Below, piece by piece: positions 1-11,179 of a stretch of DNA of 64,000 nucleotides (the stretch's first letter is position 1; the number at the start of each line of letters is the position of its first letter). The stretch lies in NCBI GenBank assembly GCA_963931655.1, contig OZ007036.1, positions 319,783 to 383,782 on the forward strand, written 5' to 3'. The notes under the pieces were generated by a model, which did no database searches, was not told the origin of the DNA, and saw only the letters and a list, made by a program, of their open reading frames with translations. The DNA is from Butyricicoccus sp. (lineage in GTDB: Bacteria; Bacillota; Clostridia; Oscillospirales; Butyricicoccaceae). A program made the translations under genes and the position numbers.

Positions 1-480
1 AACCACATCATCAATATTTAGCCCTGTTTGTTTTTGATAGCCTTCACCGATTATGCAGACATTATCTCCGCCTTTTAACTCTTCTTTTGTAAAGTATCTC
101 CCTTCAATTATAGGAAACTCAAAAAAATCAGTATAATTTTCATCTATTAAATAATATGATAAAATATCTTGTGAAATAACATCAGAATATGTATTATATT
201 GTATAAAAGTGTAATCTTGTATAAAGCTATATCTATTTAAAAACTTTTTTATATCTTTTGATGAGACAATGTCATCATCTAAATTTGTTTGCGACTCATA
301 TAATATACTTTGTGATATATTTTTCATTTCGAACATTGATAAACCTAGTAGACCATCTTCTATATAACAACATACAAGGAAGAAAAATTGGTATGCAACA
401 AATAATGTTAATACAATAATAATATTCATTCGTATATTAGATTTAATAGACTTAATTGAGTTCTCAAATAAAAAATACAT
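1..480 (-). CDS. ABC transporter permease, MacB-like (N-terminal part, runs off window)
   Basis: Translated by hand, not in ORF track: MYFLFENSIKSIKSNIRMNIIIVLTLF...PIIEGRYFTKEELKGGDNVCIIGEG. Has an N-terminal TM segment and the MacB periplasmic IEGRyF..EE....vCiIG motif, with GGAGTGA RBS upstream. Confidence 0.85.
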   Translation of the reverse strand, partial: MYFLFENSIKSIKSNIRMNIIIVLTLFVAYQFFFLVCCYIEDGLLGLSMFEMKNISQSILYESQTNLDDDIVSSKDIKKFLNRYSFIQDYTFIQYNTYSDVISQDILSYYLIDENYTDFFEFPIIEGRYFTKEELKGGDNVCIIGEGYQKQTGLNIDDVV

Positions 481-652
481 AATATCACTCCAAATATAAT
501 TACTACAATTATGACTTAATATTACTACTAAAAAGAATAAAAGTCAATCAGAGTTTTTGAGAGGATATCCAAATTTTTAACTGCCCCAATTTACGAGGAT
601 AACATAAATTGGAGCAGTTTGTATTTTAACCGTAAGATTATCGGCTGTTTTA

Positions 653-2748
653 TTATATTTTTAGTATATTGCAAACTTTTCTTAGTGTTAATCTATAAAT
701 TAAGTATAAAACAAATGATATAATAGCTATTAATACTAGGCAAACTAAAAGACCTACAATTTCATATAAGGTTAACCTATTATCATTAAAGAACATAATC
801 ATTGAATAAAAAATATATATAAGTGATGTTCCAGTTATAATTGGAACTAAAAATACTTTTTTTACTTGGCTTCTAGCACAATTATTTAAATAATTATTAG
901 ATGCACCTAAATGTCTTAAATCATCATAGACCTTTTTGTTAGAAATTGCTATTGTTATACAGCGGGTGAAAGCAATTACTATAACTGCAACAAAACAGAT
1001 TATAGAAATAAATATAAAGAGCATTAAAAATACTGCTGTTGTTTTTATAAAATCTGCTTTATCAAGTACTCTAAATTGTGGCATATATTGCCAATACATA
1101 CGGAAATCTGAGCTATTACGATTATCGTAATTTGGTGGTTCTTGTTCATCTAAAAAGTAATAGCCATATAGCTCTTCATGAACTTGTTTCAAAATAGGGT
1201 CAAAACTATCATATACTGCTACTTCTTTGCCTGAACGGTCAACTATTTTATTAAAAAGAGCTTTTGCAAAATTATATGTTTGTTCATCATTTTCTACATT
1301 AAAAAATACCATTCGTTCTTGCCAGTCTAAAGGAAGACCAGTGGTGATTTTTTGATAATCTTCATCGCTTACAACATATCGACCAAATAATATATCATTA
1401 CATAAATGTTCAATGGGCTTAAATGACCAGCTTTCACCAGTTATAGTGTTTGTAACTAATGTTACATCACCATCAAATACTCCTTGACCATCACCAGATG
1501 CGTCCATAATTCCAGCTATCTCACCAGAATTTATATTTATATCTTCACCTGTTAATGCTTCATAAGACGATTTGGATAAGAAAATTTTAGATTGCAATAG
1601 ATTATAATAAACACTTTCCCATGTTGTACCAAGAGAAGTTTCTTTTTCTACGCTCATTTCACCGTCCACGCCAAGTCTTGCCATAGGAACATCTGCCCAT
1701 GAGGTTATTTTTACATTGTATTTATCAGCAAGCTTAAAAACTTCATCTTTTTTAGGTATGTTTTGGTCGGCACGGAAATGATAAGCATAATCAATAGGGC
1801 GGTCATCAAAGGACATTATTGCACCTGTACCAAGCATAGGAGTATAAAAACTTCCAAAATAAGCACCAGCAATAAGTAATGTCATTACAAGCATATTTCT
1901 TACTGTTTGACGACCTTGGAATTTCATCATTGATACAGAAATTATATCTTTATATTTCTTTCTTTTGTTCCAGCCATTGGAAACAGTATGCAATAAAATC
2001 ATATATAGCCCAATTAAAGCAGGAATATAAAATATAGCTGTAAGCCCCTCTGGAGGATACCAATGTAAACCTAAAATAAATATAGATGGTGCAATATATC
2101 CACAAAAACCACCTAGTATTAATAATATAATTCCAACCAATCCAAACCATTTAGGAACAGAATGTACAGGTTCTGCTGAATGGGTTTGCTTTATTATATC
2201 AATTATATTTGTTTTCATTATAGATTTATAGCCCATAATAAATAACATAAATATAACATATACACTGAAAATTATAATATATGAATATGAGTTTATATCA
2301 AAGTTAAGAGCCATTTCTTCTGTATCAACAATAAATAATCTGAAGATACTCCAAATTATATAAGCAAGTGGTATACCAAGTATTGCACCTAAACCGCATG
2401 AAATAATAGAGATTATAGAAAGTTCTTTCCAAAGTTCAGATTTAAGTTGTTTTTTTGATGCACCAAGAGCAAGAAAAACACCAGTTTCTTTTGATTTTTG
2501 CCTAAAGAAAAGCCCAGCAGCATATGTAGTAAACACTGCACAACCGATTACAGCTAAAACAAATATCATCATAACTTGTTTTCGACTGTCACCACCTTCA
2601 GGGAGTACATCTAAAATTGTCGGTGAACGCATCATAAAAATATAAGATGTAATAAGCATTACTGAAAAAAGCAACAACATGATAATAATGCATATTGACC
2701 TATATTTTTCTTTCTTAGTTTAGAATATAAAGCAGAAAACGACATCAT
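653..2748 (-). CDS. ABC transporter permease, FtsX-like (one apparent frameshift near the 5' end)
   Basis: ORF 653-2680 has two FtsX-type GVFLALGAS / LRHLGAS motifs and many TMs. The likely true start is ATG 2748 (MMSFSALYSKLRKKNIGQY, RBS GGAAAGGA). The frames join if one base is added to the A6 run at 2665-2670. Confidence 0.8.
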
Positions 2749-2753
2749 AAATA

Positions 2754-3497
2754 TCATTCCTTTCCCATATCACTAATGGCACTTAATAAATGGTCTTGAA
2801 AATCTAAGCGGTTCATAGTTCCTTTTTCTAAAGTTCTCCAAACTGTGCCATCTTTAAAACAATTACTTTATCACAAAATGAAGCAGCAAATGAGTCATGT
2901 GTTACCATTAAAATTGTTGCTCCAAGTGATTTTTTAGCTTGTTCAAATGAGCTTATAACTGCTCTTGAGGATTTAGAATCAAGGTTTCCTGTAGGTTCAT
3001 CTGCAAGGATTAGCAAAGGGTTATTTATGATAGCACGAGCGACAGCAGTTCTTTGTTTTTCGCCTCCAGAAATATCCACACTAGATCGCGTGTTGTATTG
3101 ATTTTATTCCAAATATATCACATAATTGTTCGGCACGAATTTCTATTTGATTGTTTATTTTACCGCCTATTATAGCGGGTAGTAAAATGTTTTCTCTAAC
3201 AGTAAGACCATCTAGTAATAGAAAATCTTGAAATACAAAACCTAATTTTTCATTTCTTATTTTAGAAAGCGATTTTTCATCTAGTTTAGCAAGCTCTATA
3301 TCACCAAGCAATATACTTCCATCATCTGATGGTATATAACATGATATACAGTTTAAAAGAGTTGTTTTACCAGAGCCAGAAGACCCCATAACAGCAATAA
3401 ATTCTCCTTTATTTACCTCTAATGAAACACCTTTTAAAACTTCATATTTAGTTTTTCCTACTTTGTATGATTTGTGTAGATTTTTAACAGTTAGCAT
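2754..3497 (-). CDS. ABC transporter ATP-binding protein (broken at ~3080 and ~2854; probably artefactual)
   Basis: Walker A GSSGSGKTT, signature ISGGEKQR and ILADEPTGNLD are spread over ORFs 3081-3515 and 2828-3079. The C-terminus (KDGTVWRTLEKG...DMGKE*) is in a third frame. Confidence 0.85.
3078..3094 (+). other. Probable PacBio barcode remnant ACACTAGATCGCGTGTT (sequencing artefact)
   Basis: GC-rich 17-mer replaces about 5 codons of a conserved ABC ATPase and adds a stop and a frameshift. It matches my recollection of PacBio barcode bc1012; not checked against the barcode file. Confidence 0.8.
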
Positions 3498-3593
3498 ATA
3501 TATCAATCCTTTCAAAAGTTTTTATTATTTCTATATTTTTAATATATAAAATATAGTTTTAATTTTCAAATGGGCTTGATATTTTATGCTTTT

Positions 3594-3660
3594 TATGTGT
3601 CATTTTTGGAGTTATATGATTTACATATGTAATTTTTGGTTTGTTTTATGTAAAGTTTGG
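3594..3660 (-). promoter_or_regulatory. Putative LytTR-type direct-repeat binding sites for the divergent ABC operon
   Basis: On the minus strand CCAAACTTTACATA and CCAAAAATTACATA recur with a 21-bp period, plus a third CCAAAAATGACACATA copy. They lie between the ABC ATPase and the LytTR regulator. Confidence 0.5.
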
Positions 3661-3723
3661 TTTGGATAAATAATTAAATTATGATACAATATGCACAGTT
3701 AAAAAGTGATTTGGAGTGATTAT

Positions 3724-4431
3724 ATGCTTAGAATAGGTATATGTGATGATGTATATGATGCTCGTATAATTTTAAAATCATCGCTTGAAAGAATGATTGA
3801 TGATAAAAATACAAGCTTTTATGAATTTTCATCAGGTGAAGGAATTGTTTCATGGTTTAAATCACATATTGGTGAACTAGATTTGCTGTTTCTTGATATG
3901 GAAATGAAAGATTTAAATGGCATGGAAACAGCAAAAAAACTAAAACAAATTGATAATGGGATACAAATAGTTTTTCTAACTGGTCATGCTGATTATGTAT
4001 TTGATGGATATAGTGTGGGAGCGTTAGGATATATTATAAAGCCTGCTAAAACTGAACAACTAAAAGATGTTATAAATAGAGCAAAAAGTGCTATTTATAT
4101 GGAAATGGATAAAGCATATATTTGCCATTTGGGTGAAACTTATTATAGAATACCAATTAAAAAAATACTTTATTTTTGCTCAGAAAAACGTCAGGTTAGT
4201 TGTATTACAACAGATAAGAGTTATAAATTTTATGGTAAATTAGATGATGTAGCAAGTGAGCTAGGAGATAAATTTATTAGAATACATAAACGTTATCTTG
4301 TAAAATCATCAGCTATTGAGAAAATAGACAGTAACGAGGTTAGCATTTATGGAAATATAAATCTTCCTATAAGCCGTTCTTGCCGTCAAGATGTGCTTTT
4401 AGCTATGACCAAAGCAGAATTGGAAGGTTAA
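3724..4431 (+). CDS. LytTR-family response regulator
   Basis: Receiver MLRIGICDD...DLLFLDMEM...IVFLT...YIIKP; C-terminal LytTR FIRIHKRYLV...LPISR. Confidence 0.92.
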   Translation: MLRIGICDDVYDARIILKSSLERMIDDKNTSFYEFSSGEGIVSWFKSHIGELDLLFLDMEMKDLNGMETAKKLKQIDNGIQIVFLTGHADYVFDGYSVGALGYIIKPAKTEQLKDVINRAKSAIYMEMDKAYICHLGETYYRIPIKKILYFCSEKRQVSCITTDKSYKFYGKLDDVASELGDKFIRIHKRYLVKSSAIEKIDSNEVSIYGNINLPISRSCRQDVLLAMTKAELEG

Positions 4432-4434
4432 AAA

Positions 4435-5700
4435 ATGATTTTATATTATATATTAGGTCTTTTTATGATATTTACAAGTGGATTTATGATTTTTAAACTT
4501 TGCACACCATTTGTAATTGTAAAAAAATCATTTATATGGAAGTGTATATTATTTCTGCTTTTAAGCGGGACAACAGGAATGGTTATATGGGTTGGAGATT
4601 TAAACCTTTTATATACATTACCTATATTTTTACTTGGATTTTTGATTAGCACAACAGGTAATTTTATAGGAAGACTTTCGGTTGCACTTATTTTCTTTTC
4701 AATGATAATGTCAATTTGTGCATTGTCAGATACATATATAGCAGCTATCTTTAAAGATTTATTTATATACGATTTTGTTGCTAAACTATCACGTATTTTA
4801 ATAATTTTTATAATATATATGCTGATGTATAAAATATTGCCAAAACAAACAGTTACACTTTCAGATAGATTATGGAAACTTATTTTAGGGCTTTCTGCAA
4901 TGCCTATTTGTTCATTGACAGCCATTGTACTTTTAACATATAACAAATATGATTTACAGGAAGTTTATAGCCTTTCAATGAATTTAGGTCTTGCTGTATT
5001 GCCAGTGGTGTTAATAACATGTGTTGTTCTTTTAGTATCAATAACTGTTTTAGTAAGACATCAAGAACTCGAAACATCAAGTTGTTTAGCATCTTTAAGG
5101 GAAACATATTATAAGGGATTACAAAATCAGGAACAAAGTATAAGGCAATTAAGGCATGATTTAAGAAATCATTTAACCGTACTTAGCGGTCTTTTAGAGA
5201 AAGAAGATATAAAATCCGCTAATAATTATATTAATAAACTATATAATATAAAAAGTTTAAAGGGTGTTAAAAATTTTTGTGATAATGAACTTATAAATGT
5301 TGTTATGTGTGCTAAAATTGGTGAATTAGAAAACCAAAATATAAAAACAGATATATCTATAAATGTGCCTAAAAAATTACCATTTTCAGATATTGATATC
5401 TGTGCTTTGTTTGGCAATGCACTTGATAATGCAAAAGAGGGTGTAAGAGGTTGTGAAAATCCTATAGTTTTGGTGCGTTGTCGATTTGATAAAGGGCTTT
5501 TTATGCTTAAAGTTGAAAACCCAGTAATAAAAAAAGTAAATGATGATTTATCTACAACAAAACAGGACAAATCAAAACATGGTTTTGGTATAATAGGTAT
5601 GAAAGATATTGCAATTAGAAATGGTGGAACACTAGAGGCAGGAGTAAAAAACGGAAAATTTAGCCTTATTGTGTGTTTACCTGAAAAAATAGGTGATTGA
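4435..5700 (+). CDS. Membrane sensor histidine kinase (AgrC-like GHKL)
   Basis: Multi-TM N-terminus, RHDLRNHL H-box, LFGNALDNA, HGFGIIGMKDI. Confidence 0.9.
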   Translation: MILYYILGLFMIFTSGFMIFKLCTPFVIVKKSFIWKCILFLLLSGTTGMVIWVGDLNLLYTLPIFLLGFLISTTGNFIGRLSVALIFFSMIMSICALSDTYIAAIFKDLFIYDFVAKLSRILIIFIIYMLMYKILPKQTVTLSDRLWKLILGLSAMPICSLTAIVLLTYNKYDLQEVYSLSMNLGLAVLPVVLITCVVLLVSITVLVRHQELETSSCLASLRETYYKGLQNQEQSIRQLRHDLRNHLTVLSGLLEKEDIKSANNYINKLYNIKSLKGVKNFCDNELINVVMCAKIGELENQNIKTDISINVPKKLPFSDIDICALFGNALDNAKEGVRGCENPIVLVRCRFDKGLFMLKVENPVIKKVNDDLSTTKQDKSKHGFGIIGMKDIAIRNGGTLEAGVKNGKFSLIVCLPEKIGD

Positions 5701-6357
5701 ATGAATAAAATATTGCTTTTAGAAGATGATATAACGCTGGGAAATGGTATTAAAATGGTACTCAAAAATGAACAAGTAACTCTTGTGAATACATTAAAAG
5801 ATGCCAGAGAAATATTAAAAAATAATGAGTTTGATTTGCTTATATTAGATATAAATTTACCAGATGGAAGTGGTTTGGATTTAATGAAGGAGCAGAAAAA
5901 CTTAAATTGTGAAACTCCTATAATATTACTCACAGCTAATGATATGGAAATAGATATTGTATCTGGTTTAGAATTGGGAGCAGATGACTATATAACAAAA
6001 CCATTTTCACTTGCAATTTTTCGTGCTAGAGTTAATAATCAGCTTCGTAGAAAAAAGATAAATATAAATAAAGTATTTGAAATAGATGATTGTTATTTTG
6101 ATTTTGATAACATGATATATCGAAAAAATCAAAAAATTGTTGAGCTTAGTAAAACCGAGCAAAAACTTTTAAGATTACTTGTGGAGAATAGAGGTCATAC
6201 ATTAACCAGAGAATTATTAGTTGATAAAATATGGGGTAGTGAATATGTTGATGAAAATGCACTAACAGTTACAATAAAGCGTCTTAGAGGAAAACTTGAA
6301 GATAATAAATATCTAAAAACAGTTTATGGTATAGGCTATACATGGACGGTGAAATAA
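5701..6357 (+). CDS. OmpR-family response regulator
   Basis: ILLLEDD, LDINLPDG, GADDYITKPF, winged-helix TVYGIGY. Confidence 0.93.
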   Translation: MNKILLLEDDITLGNGIKMVLKNEQVTLVNTLKDAREILKNNEFDLLILDINLPDGSGLDLMKEQKNLNCETPIILLTANDMEIDIVSGLELGADDYITKPFSLAIFRARVNNQLRRKKININKVFEIDDCYFDFDNMIYRKNQKIVELSKTEQKLLRLLVENRGHTLTRELLVDKIWGSEYVDENALTVTIKRLRGKLEDNKYLKTVYGIGYTWTVK

Positions 6358-6358
6358 A

Positions 6359-7243
6359 GTGCAAAATATTTTAATTATTGTACTGGTTATTTTACTTTGT
6401 TTAAGTGTTTTTTGTATTATATATCAAATGTATAAGATATCAAAACAGTTAAAAAGATTGAATGAAATGCTACAATGTGCAATAAATGATAATTTTTCAG
6501 ATAAGATTTTTGATGAAACTATGCTTTCTGCGATTGAAACTAAGTTTGCAACTTATTTATTATCTGCAAATACTTCAAAACAAAAGTTAAAAAGCGAAAA
6601 GGATAATATAAAATCGCTTATAAGTGATATTTCTCATCAGACCAAAACACCACTTGCAAATATAAAATTATATTCTGAAATTTTAAATGAACAAGAATTA
6701 GACGAACAAGGAAAAATATGTGTAAATGCCCTAAATGCACAGACAGAAAAGTTACAATCTTTGATACAAGCACTTGTAAAAATTTCAAGACTTGAAGCGG
6801 GAATAATATCATTACACCCAAAAACAGTTAATATAAATGGTTTAATATCAAGAGCTGTACAGCAGTATAAATATGCAAATATAGAAAATAAAGCATATGA
6901 TTTAAATGCTTTATGCGATGAAAAATGGACAGAAGAAGCGGTTTGCAATCTTATAGATAATGCTGTTAAATATTCAAAAGATGGCGGAAAAATATTGATA
7001 ACAGTGTCTAGTTATGAAATGTTTTGTTCAATAAATATAAAAGATAGTGCAAAGCCAATTCCTGAAAACGAGCAAAGTAAAATTTTTACAAGATTTTATA
7101 GAAGTCATGATGCTTATGAAAAACAAGGTTTAGGAATAGGGCTTTTTATAACTCGTCAGATTATGAACGAACAGGGCGGATATGTTAAAGTTAAAGCAAC
7201 TGAAGACGGTAATATTTTCTCTTTATTTTTGCCTAAATATTAA
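6359..7243 (+). CDS. Sensor histidine kinase (HisKA)
   Basis: DISHQTKTPL, NLIDNAVKYS, GLGIGLFI. Confidence 0.92.
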   Translation: MQNILIIVLVILLCLSVFCIIYQMYKISKQLKRLNEMLQCAINDNFSDKIFDETMLSAIETKFATYLLSANTSKQKLKSEKDNIKSLISDISHQTKTPLANIKLYSEILNEQELDEQGKICVNALNAQTEKLQSLIQALVKISRLEAGIISLHPKTVNINGLISRAVQQYKYANIENKAYDLNALCDEKWTEEAVCNLIDNAVKYSKDGGKILITVSSYEMFCSINIKDSAKPIPENEQSKIFTRFYRSHDAYEKQGLGIGLFITRQIMNEQGGYVKVKATEDGNIFSLFLPKY

Positions 7244-7351
7244 ATATAACAAAACTGTTATATTTTGGACAGTACACTGACATATTATTTTGATACAATC
7301 TGTGTTGTAGAAATACATCACAGATTTTTATTTTTGGAGAGTGATTAAAAT

Positions 7352-8032
7352 ATGAAAATTCTTGAAACACAAAATCTTAAAAAGATATATGGAACAGGTG
7401 AAACTGCTGTTCATGCATTAGATGGTGTAAATCTTGTAGTTGAAAATGGTGAATTTGTTTCAATCGTCGGCACATCAGGCTCTGGAAAATCAACACTTCT
7501 TCATATGCTTGGAGGTCTTGACCGTCCAACAGAAGGTAAAGTTATAGTTGATGGAAATGATATTTTTAAACTTAAAGACGAGGCTCTTACTATTTTTAGA
7601 AGAAGGAAAATAGGCTTTGTTTTTCAAAGTTATAACTTAGTGCCTGTGCTTAGTGTTTATGAAAATATAGTTCTTCCAATACAGCTAGATGGCTCAAAAA
7701 TTGATGAAGATTATATAAATGAAGTTATAGAAACATTAGGGTTGTCCTCAAAACTGCAAAATCTACCAAATCAGCTTTCTGGTGGTCAACAACAAAGAGT
7801 TGCTATTGCAAGAGCGATTGCATCAAAACCTGCTATAATTCTTGCAGATGAACCAACATGAAACTTGGATTCAAAAACCAGTCAAGATGTTTTAAGCCTT
7901 TTAAAAATAACAAGTCAAAAATTTTCGCAGACAATAGTTATGATTACACATAATGAAGAAATAGCACAACTTGCAGATAGAATTATAAGGATTGAAGATG
8001 GTTTAATTGTAGGTGGTGAAAATAATGATTAA
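7352..8032 (+). CDS. ABC transporter ATP-binding protein with in-frame TGA at 7859-7861
   Basis: GTSGSGKST, LSGGQQQRVAIARA, ILADEPT*NLDSKTS. The stop sits at the invariant Gly (GGA to TGA), and the same frame continues to TAA at 8030-8032. Confidence 0.85.
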
Positions 8033-10661
8033 AGTTAAGAACAAAAAAATTATATCTTTTCTTTCAAGAAAAACATTGTTTGCAAATAAAAATAGAAATA
8101 TTATAGCAATATCAGCTATTATTCTTACAACACTTTTGTTTACATCTCTTTTCACAATAGCTATATCAATAAATGATGGTTTTCAGCAGAGCAATTTCAG
8201 ACAAGCAGGAGGTTTCGCACATGGCACATTTAAATATTTAACTAAAGAACAATATGAGCAGTTAAAAGATGACACACTTATAAAAGAATATGGAGTTAGA
8301 AGATTTTTAGGAATGCCAACAGATGAACCTTTTAATAAATCTCATGTAGAAGTTGGTTATTCAGATGCAAATTATGCACACTGGACATATTGCGACCCAA
8401 TAGAAGGTACTTTACCAAAAGAAAATACAAATGAGGCTGCAACAGATACAAAAGTGCTTGAACTTTTAGGCGTAAAACCAGAATTAGGTACAGAATTTAC
8501 AGTTACATTTTATGTTGATGGGAAAAAAACAACTCAAACATTTACTCTTTGCGGCTTTTGGGAATATGATAGTGCAGTAGTAGCAAATAATATACTTATA
8601 CCAGAAAGCAGAGTTAATTATATTTTAAATGAATTAAATGTTCAGCCATCAGAACAAACTGGAAGCTGGAATTTAAATGTTATGTTTAAAAACAGCTTTA
8701 ATATAGAAAGTAAAATAAATAGGATACTAGAAAATCATGGCTATCAAAATGAACAAAAAGATGATAATTATATAGCTACAGGCGTAAACTGGGGATATTC
8801 AGCATCGCAGCTTTATCAAAATATGGATACAACCACCATTTTAGCTATATTATCAGCGTTAATAATTATAATTTTTACAGGTTATCTTATTATATATAAT
8901 GTTTTTCAAATTTCTGTTTCAAATGATATAAAATTTTACGGTCTATTAAAAACAATAGGAACAACACCAAAACAACTTAAAATTATTATACGAAAGCAAG
9001 CTATTATGTTATCTTGTGTAGGTGTTCCAATAGGGTTGTTGTTAGGCTGGTTTGTAGGTGGTAAATTGACACCAGTTATATCAAATCAACTTGATGGAAT
9101 TGTAACAGTTATATCTATAAATCCAATTATTTTTATTATATCTGCACTTTTTTCAATATTTACTGTGCTTATATCTTGTCATAAACCAGAAAAAATAGCG
9201 GCAAAAGTTTCTGCTATTGAGGCTGTACGTTATACAGATGCAGCAAACACAAAGCAAAAAGGAAAAAGAAAATCTCAAAAAGCTTCTATTTTATCAATGG
9301 CAAAAGCAAATGTTGGTAGAAACAAAATAAAAACAGTTGTAACAGTTTTATCATTGTCGCTTTCTGTTGTTTTGCTTACCATAACCATTATATTTACTAA
9401 AGGCTTTGATATGGATAAATATCTAAGACGAATGGCAGTTGATTTTCAAATCGCTAATGCAGGATATTTTCAAACTGGCGGAGAGATTTTTAATAAGGAT
9501 ATGGAACTTAGCGAAAATGTAATAGAGCAAATGAAAATATTTGACGGTATAAAAGGCGGAATAACATACGGAAAAGTATCCGCAGCACAGGAATTTGTAA
9601 CTGAAGAATATTATCGTAATAACTTACTTTCTCATTACAATACAGAAGAACAAATGGATAGTATAATTTCATTTATGGAAAAAGATAAGAATAATATGCT
9701 TGTATCAAACGTACAACTCTATGGCATGGAAGATTTTATACTTGATAAATTAACTGTCCATGAAGGAGATATTTCCAAAATAAAAGAGCCAAATAGCAAA
9801 TATATTGCCGCAGTATATTCAGACGATGATTACGGTGAAATCATTAAAGAAAGCCAATGGGCAAAACTTGGAGATACTGTAAAGATTAGATATGTGGATA
9901 AATTTGAATATTTTAATCCAAACACAGGGGAGGTTTATTCACAAGATGAAGATTTTTCTGATTTGCCTTTTTCTTCTCGTGCAGTAGAATACCATGAAGA
10001 AGAATATATAGTTGCAGCTATTGTTACAATTCCATCATCTCTTAGTTATAGATACTATGGAAGTGATGAGTTTATTTTAAATGCTCAAACACTCATTAAC
10101 GATACTGGTACAGATAGTGTTATGTATTATGCTTTTGATGTAGATGAAAACGAACAACAAATAAAAGATTTTCTTGAAAGTTATACAACAGAGATAAATT
10201 CTAGTCTTGATTATGAAAGTAAAGATACATATGCTGCTCAGTTTTCAGGTTTTAGAAATATGTTTTTAATACTTGGTATATCCATTAGTGCAGTTGTTGC
10301 AATTATAGGTATACTTAATTTCTTTAATGCAATACTTACAGGAATTTGTGTAAGACAACGTGAATTTGCAGTTTTACAATCTATTGGTATGACAGGTAAA
10401 CAACTTAAAAAAATGCTGGTATTTGAAGGTTTATGGTATGCCTTGACTTGTGCTATATTTTCACTTATTTTAGCTCTTGTTTTAAGTCCTATCATAGGAA
10501 ACATGTTTGAAAATATATTTTGGTTTTTTACATATAAATTTTCAATAATACCTGTTTTATTATTATCAATAATATTTGCGTTTTTAGGTATTATACTGCC
10601 GCTTATAACCTATAAATTCACAGTAAAGCATTCAATAGTAGAACGATTAAGAGCTGAATAA
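8025..10661 (+). CDS. ABC transporter permease, FtsX/MacB-like
   Basis: Two FtsX motifs (FYGLLKTIGTT, FAVLQSIGMT) and large extracytoplasmic loops. The start overlaps the end of the ATPase gene. Confidence 0.9.
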   Translation: MIKVKNKKIISFLSRKTLFANKNRNIIAISAIILTTLLFTSLFTIAISINDGFQQSNFRQAGGFAHGTFKYLTKEQYEQLKDDTLIKEYGVRRFLGMPTDEPFNKSHVEVGYSDANYAHWTYCDPIEGTLPKENTNEAATDTKVLELLGVKPELGTEFTVTFYVDGKKTTQTFTLCGFWEYDSAVVANNILIPESRVNYILNELNVQPSEQTGSWNLNVMFKNSFNIESKINRILENHGYQNEQKDDNYIATGVNWGYSASQLYQNMDTTTILAILSALIIIIFTGYLIIYNVFQISVSNDIKFYGLLKTIGTTPKQLKIIIRKQAIMLSCVGVPIGLLLGWFVGGKLTPVISNQLDGIVTVISINPIIFIISALFSIFTVLISCHKPEKIAAKVSAIEAVRYTDAANTKQKGKRKSQKASILSMAKANVGRNKIKTVVTVLSLSLSVVLLTITIIFTKGFDMDKYLRRMAVDFQIANAGYFQTGGEIFNKDMELSENVIEQMKIFDGIKGGITYGKVSAAQEFVTEEYYRNNLLSHYNTEEQMDSIISFMEKDKNNMLVSNVQLYGMEDFILDKLTVHEGDISKIKEPNSKYIAAVYSDDDYGEIIKESQWAKLGDTVKIRYVDKFEYFNPNTGEVYSQDEDFSDLPFSSRAVEYHEEEYIVAAIVTIPSSLSYRYYGSDEFILNAQTLINDTGTDSVMYYAFDVDENEQQIKDFLESYTTEINSSLDYESKDTYAAQFSGFRNMFLILGISISAVVAIIGILNFFNAILTGICVRQREFAVLQSIGMTGKQLKKMLVFEGLWYALTCAIFSLILALVLSPIIGNMFENIFWFFTYKFSIIPVLLLSIIFAFLGIILPLITYKFTVKHSIVERLRAE

Positions 10662-10739
10662 TATGCTTGATAAATTTAAAATATAAGTAATTAATACATG
10701 TTAAAAATTTTAGTTTAATTTAGTATTAAAGCAAAAATA

Positions 10740-10772
10740 AAACTGATTTCGTTTTAAAAACGAAATCAGTTT
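10740..10772. terminator. Bidirectional rho-independent terminator
   Basis: Perfect inverted repeat aaactgatttcgttt / aaacgaaatcagttt between convergent genes. Confidence 0.8.
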
Positions 10773-10776
10773 GTTT

Positions 10777-11142
10777 TTATTCAGAAAAAATATTGTTCAT
10801 AGACTTTAAAACTTGTTCACGATTAAATGGTTTATATATAAATCCTTTTGCACCTATTTGTTTTGCTTCAGTTATGGTGTCATCATAAGCAAGTGATGAA
10901 ATCATAAGTATGTTTGCATCAGGGTGTGATTGTAGAATTTGACGAGCAGCTTCTAATCCATCAATACCAGGCATAAGAATATCCATTGTAACAATATCAG
11001 GATTAACTGAATTGTATTGTTCTATAGCTTCTTCACCATTTTGACAACATGTGACAATCTCATATTCAGAATTTGATAATACTTGTTGAAGCTGAAACTG
11101 TACAACTCGAGAATCATCTACAATCATAACTTTTTTTGACAT
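10777..11142 (-). CDS. cheY: CheY-like single-domain response regulator
   Basis: KVMIVDDS, PDIVTMDILMP, AKGFIYKPF; receiver domain only, next to a CheX-like gene. Confidence 0.75.
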   Translation of the reverse strand: MSKKVMIVDDSRVVQFQLQQVLSNSEYEIVTCCQNGEEAIEQYNSVNPDIVTMDILMPGIDGLEAARQILQSHPDANILMISSLAYDDTITEAKQIGAKGFIYKPFNREQVLKSMNNIFSE

Positions 11143-11179
11143 AATATAACTCCTTTTTAAATTATGAATTTGATTTATA

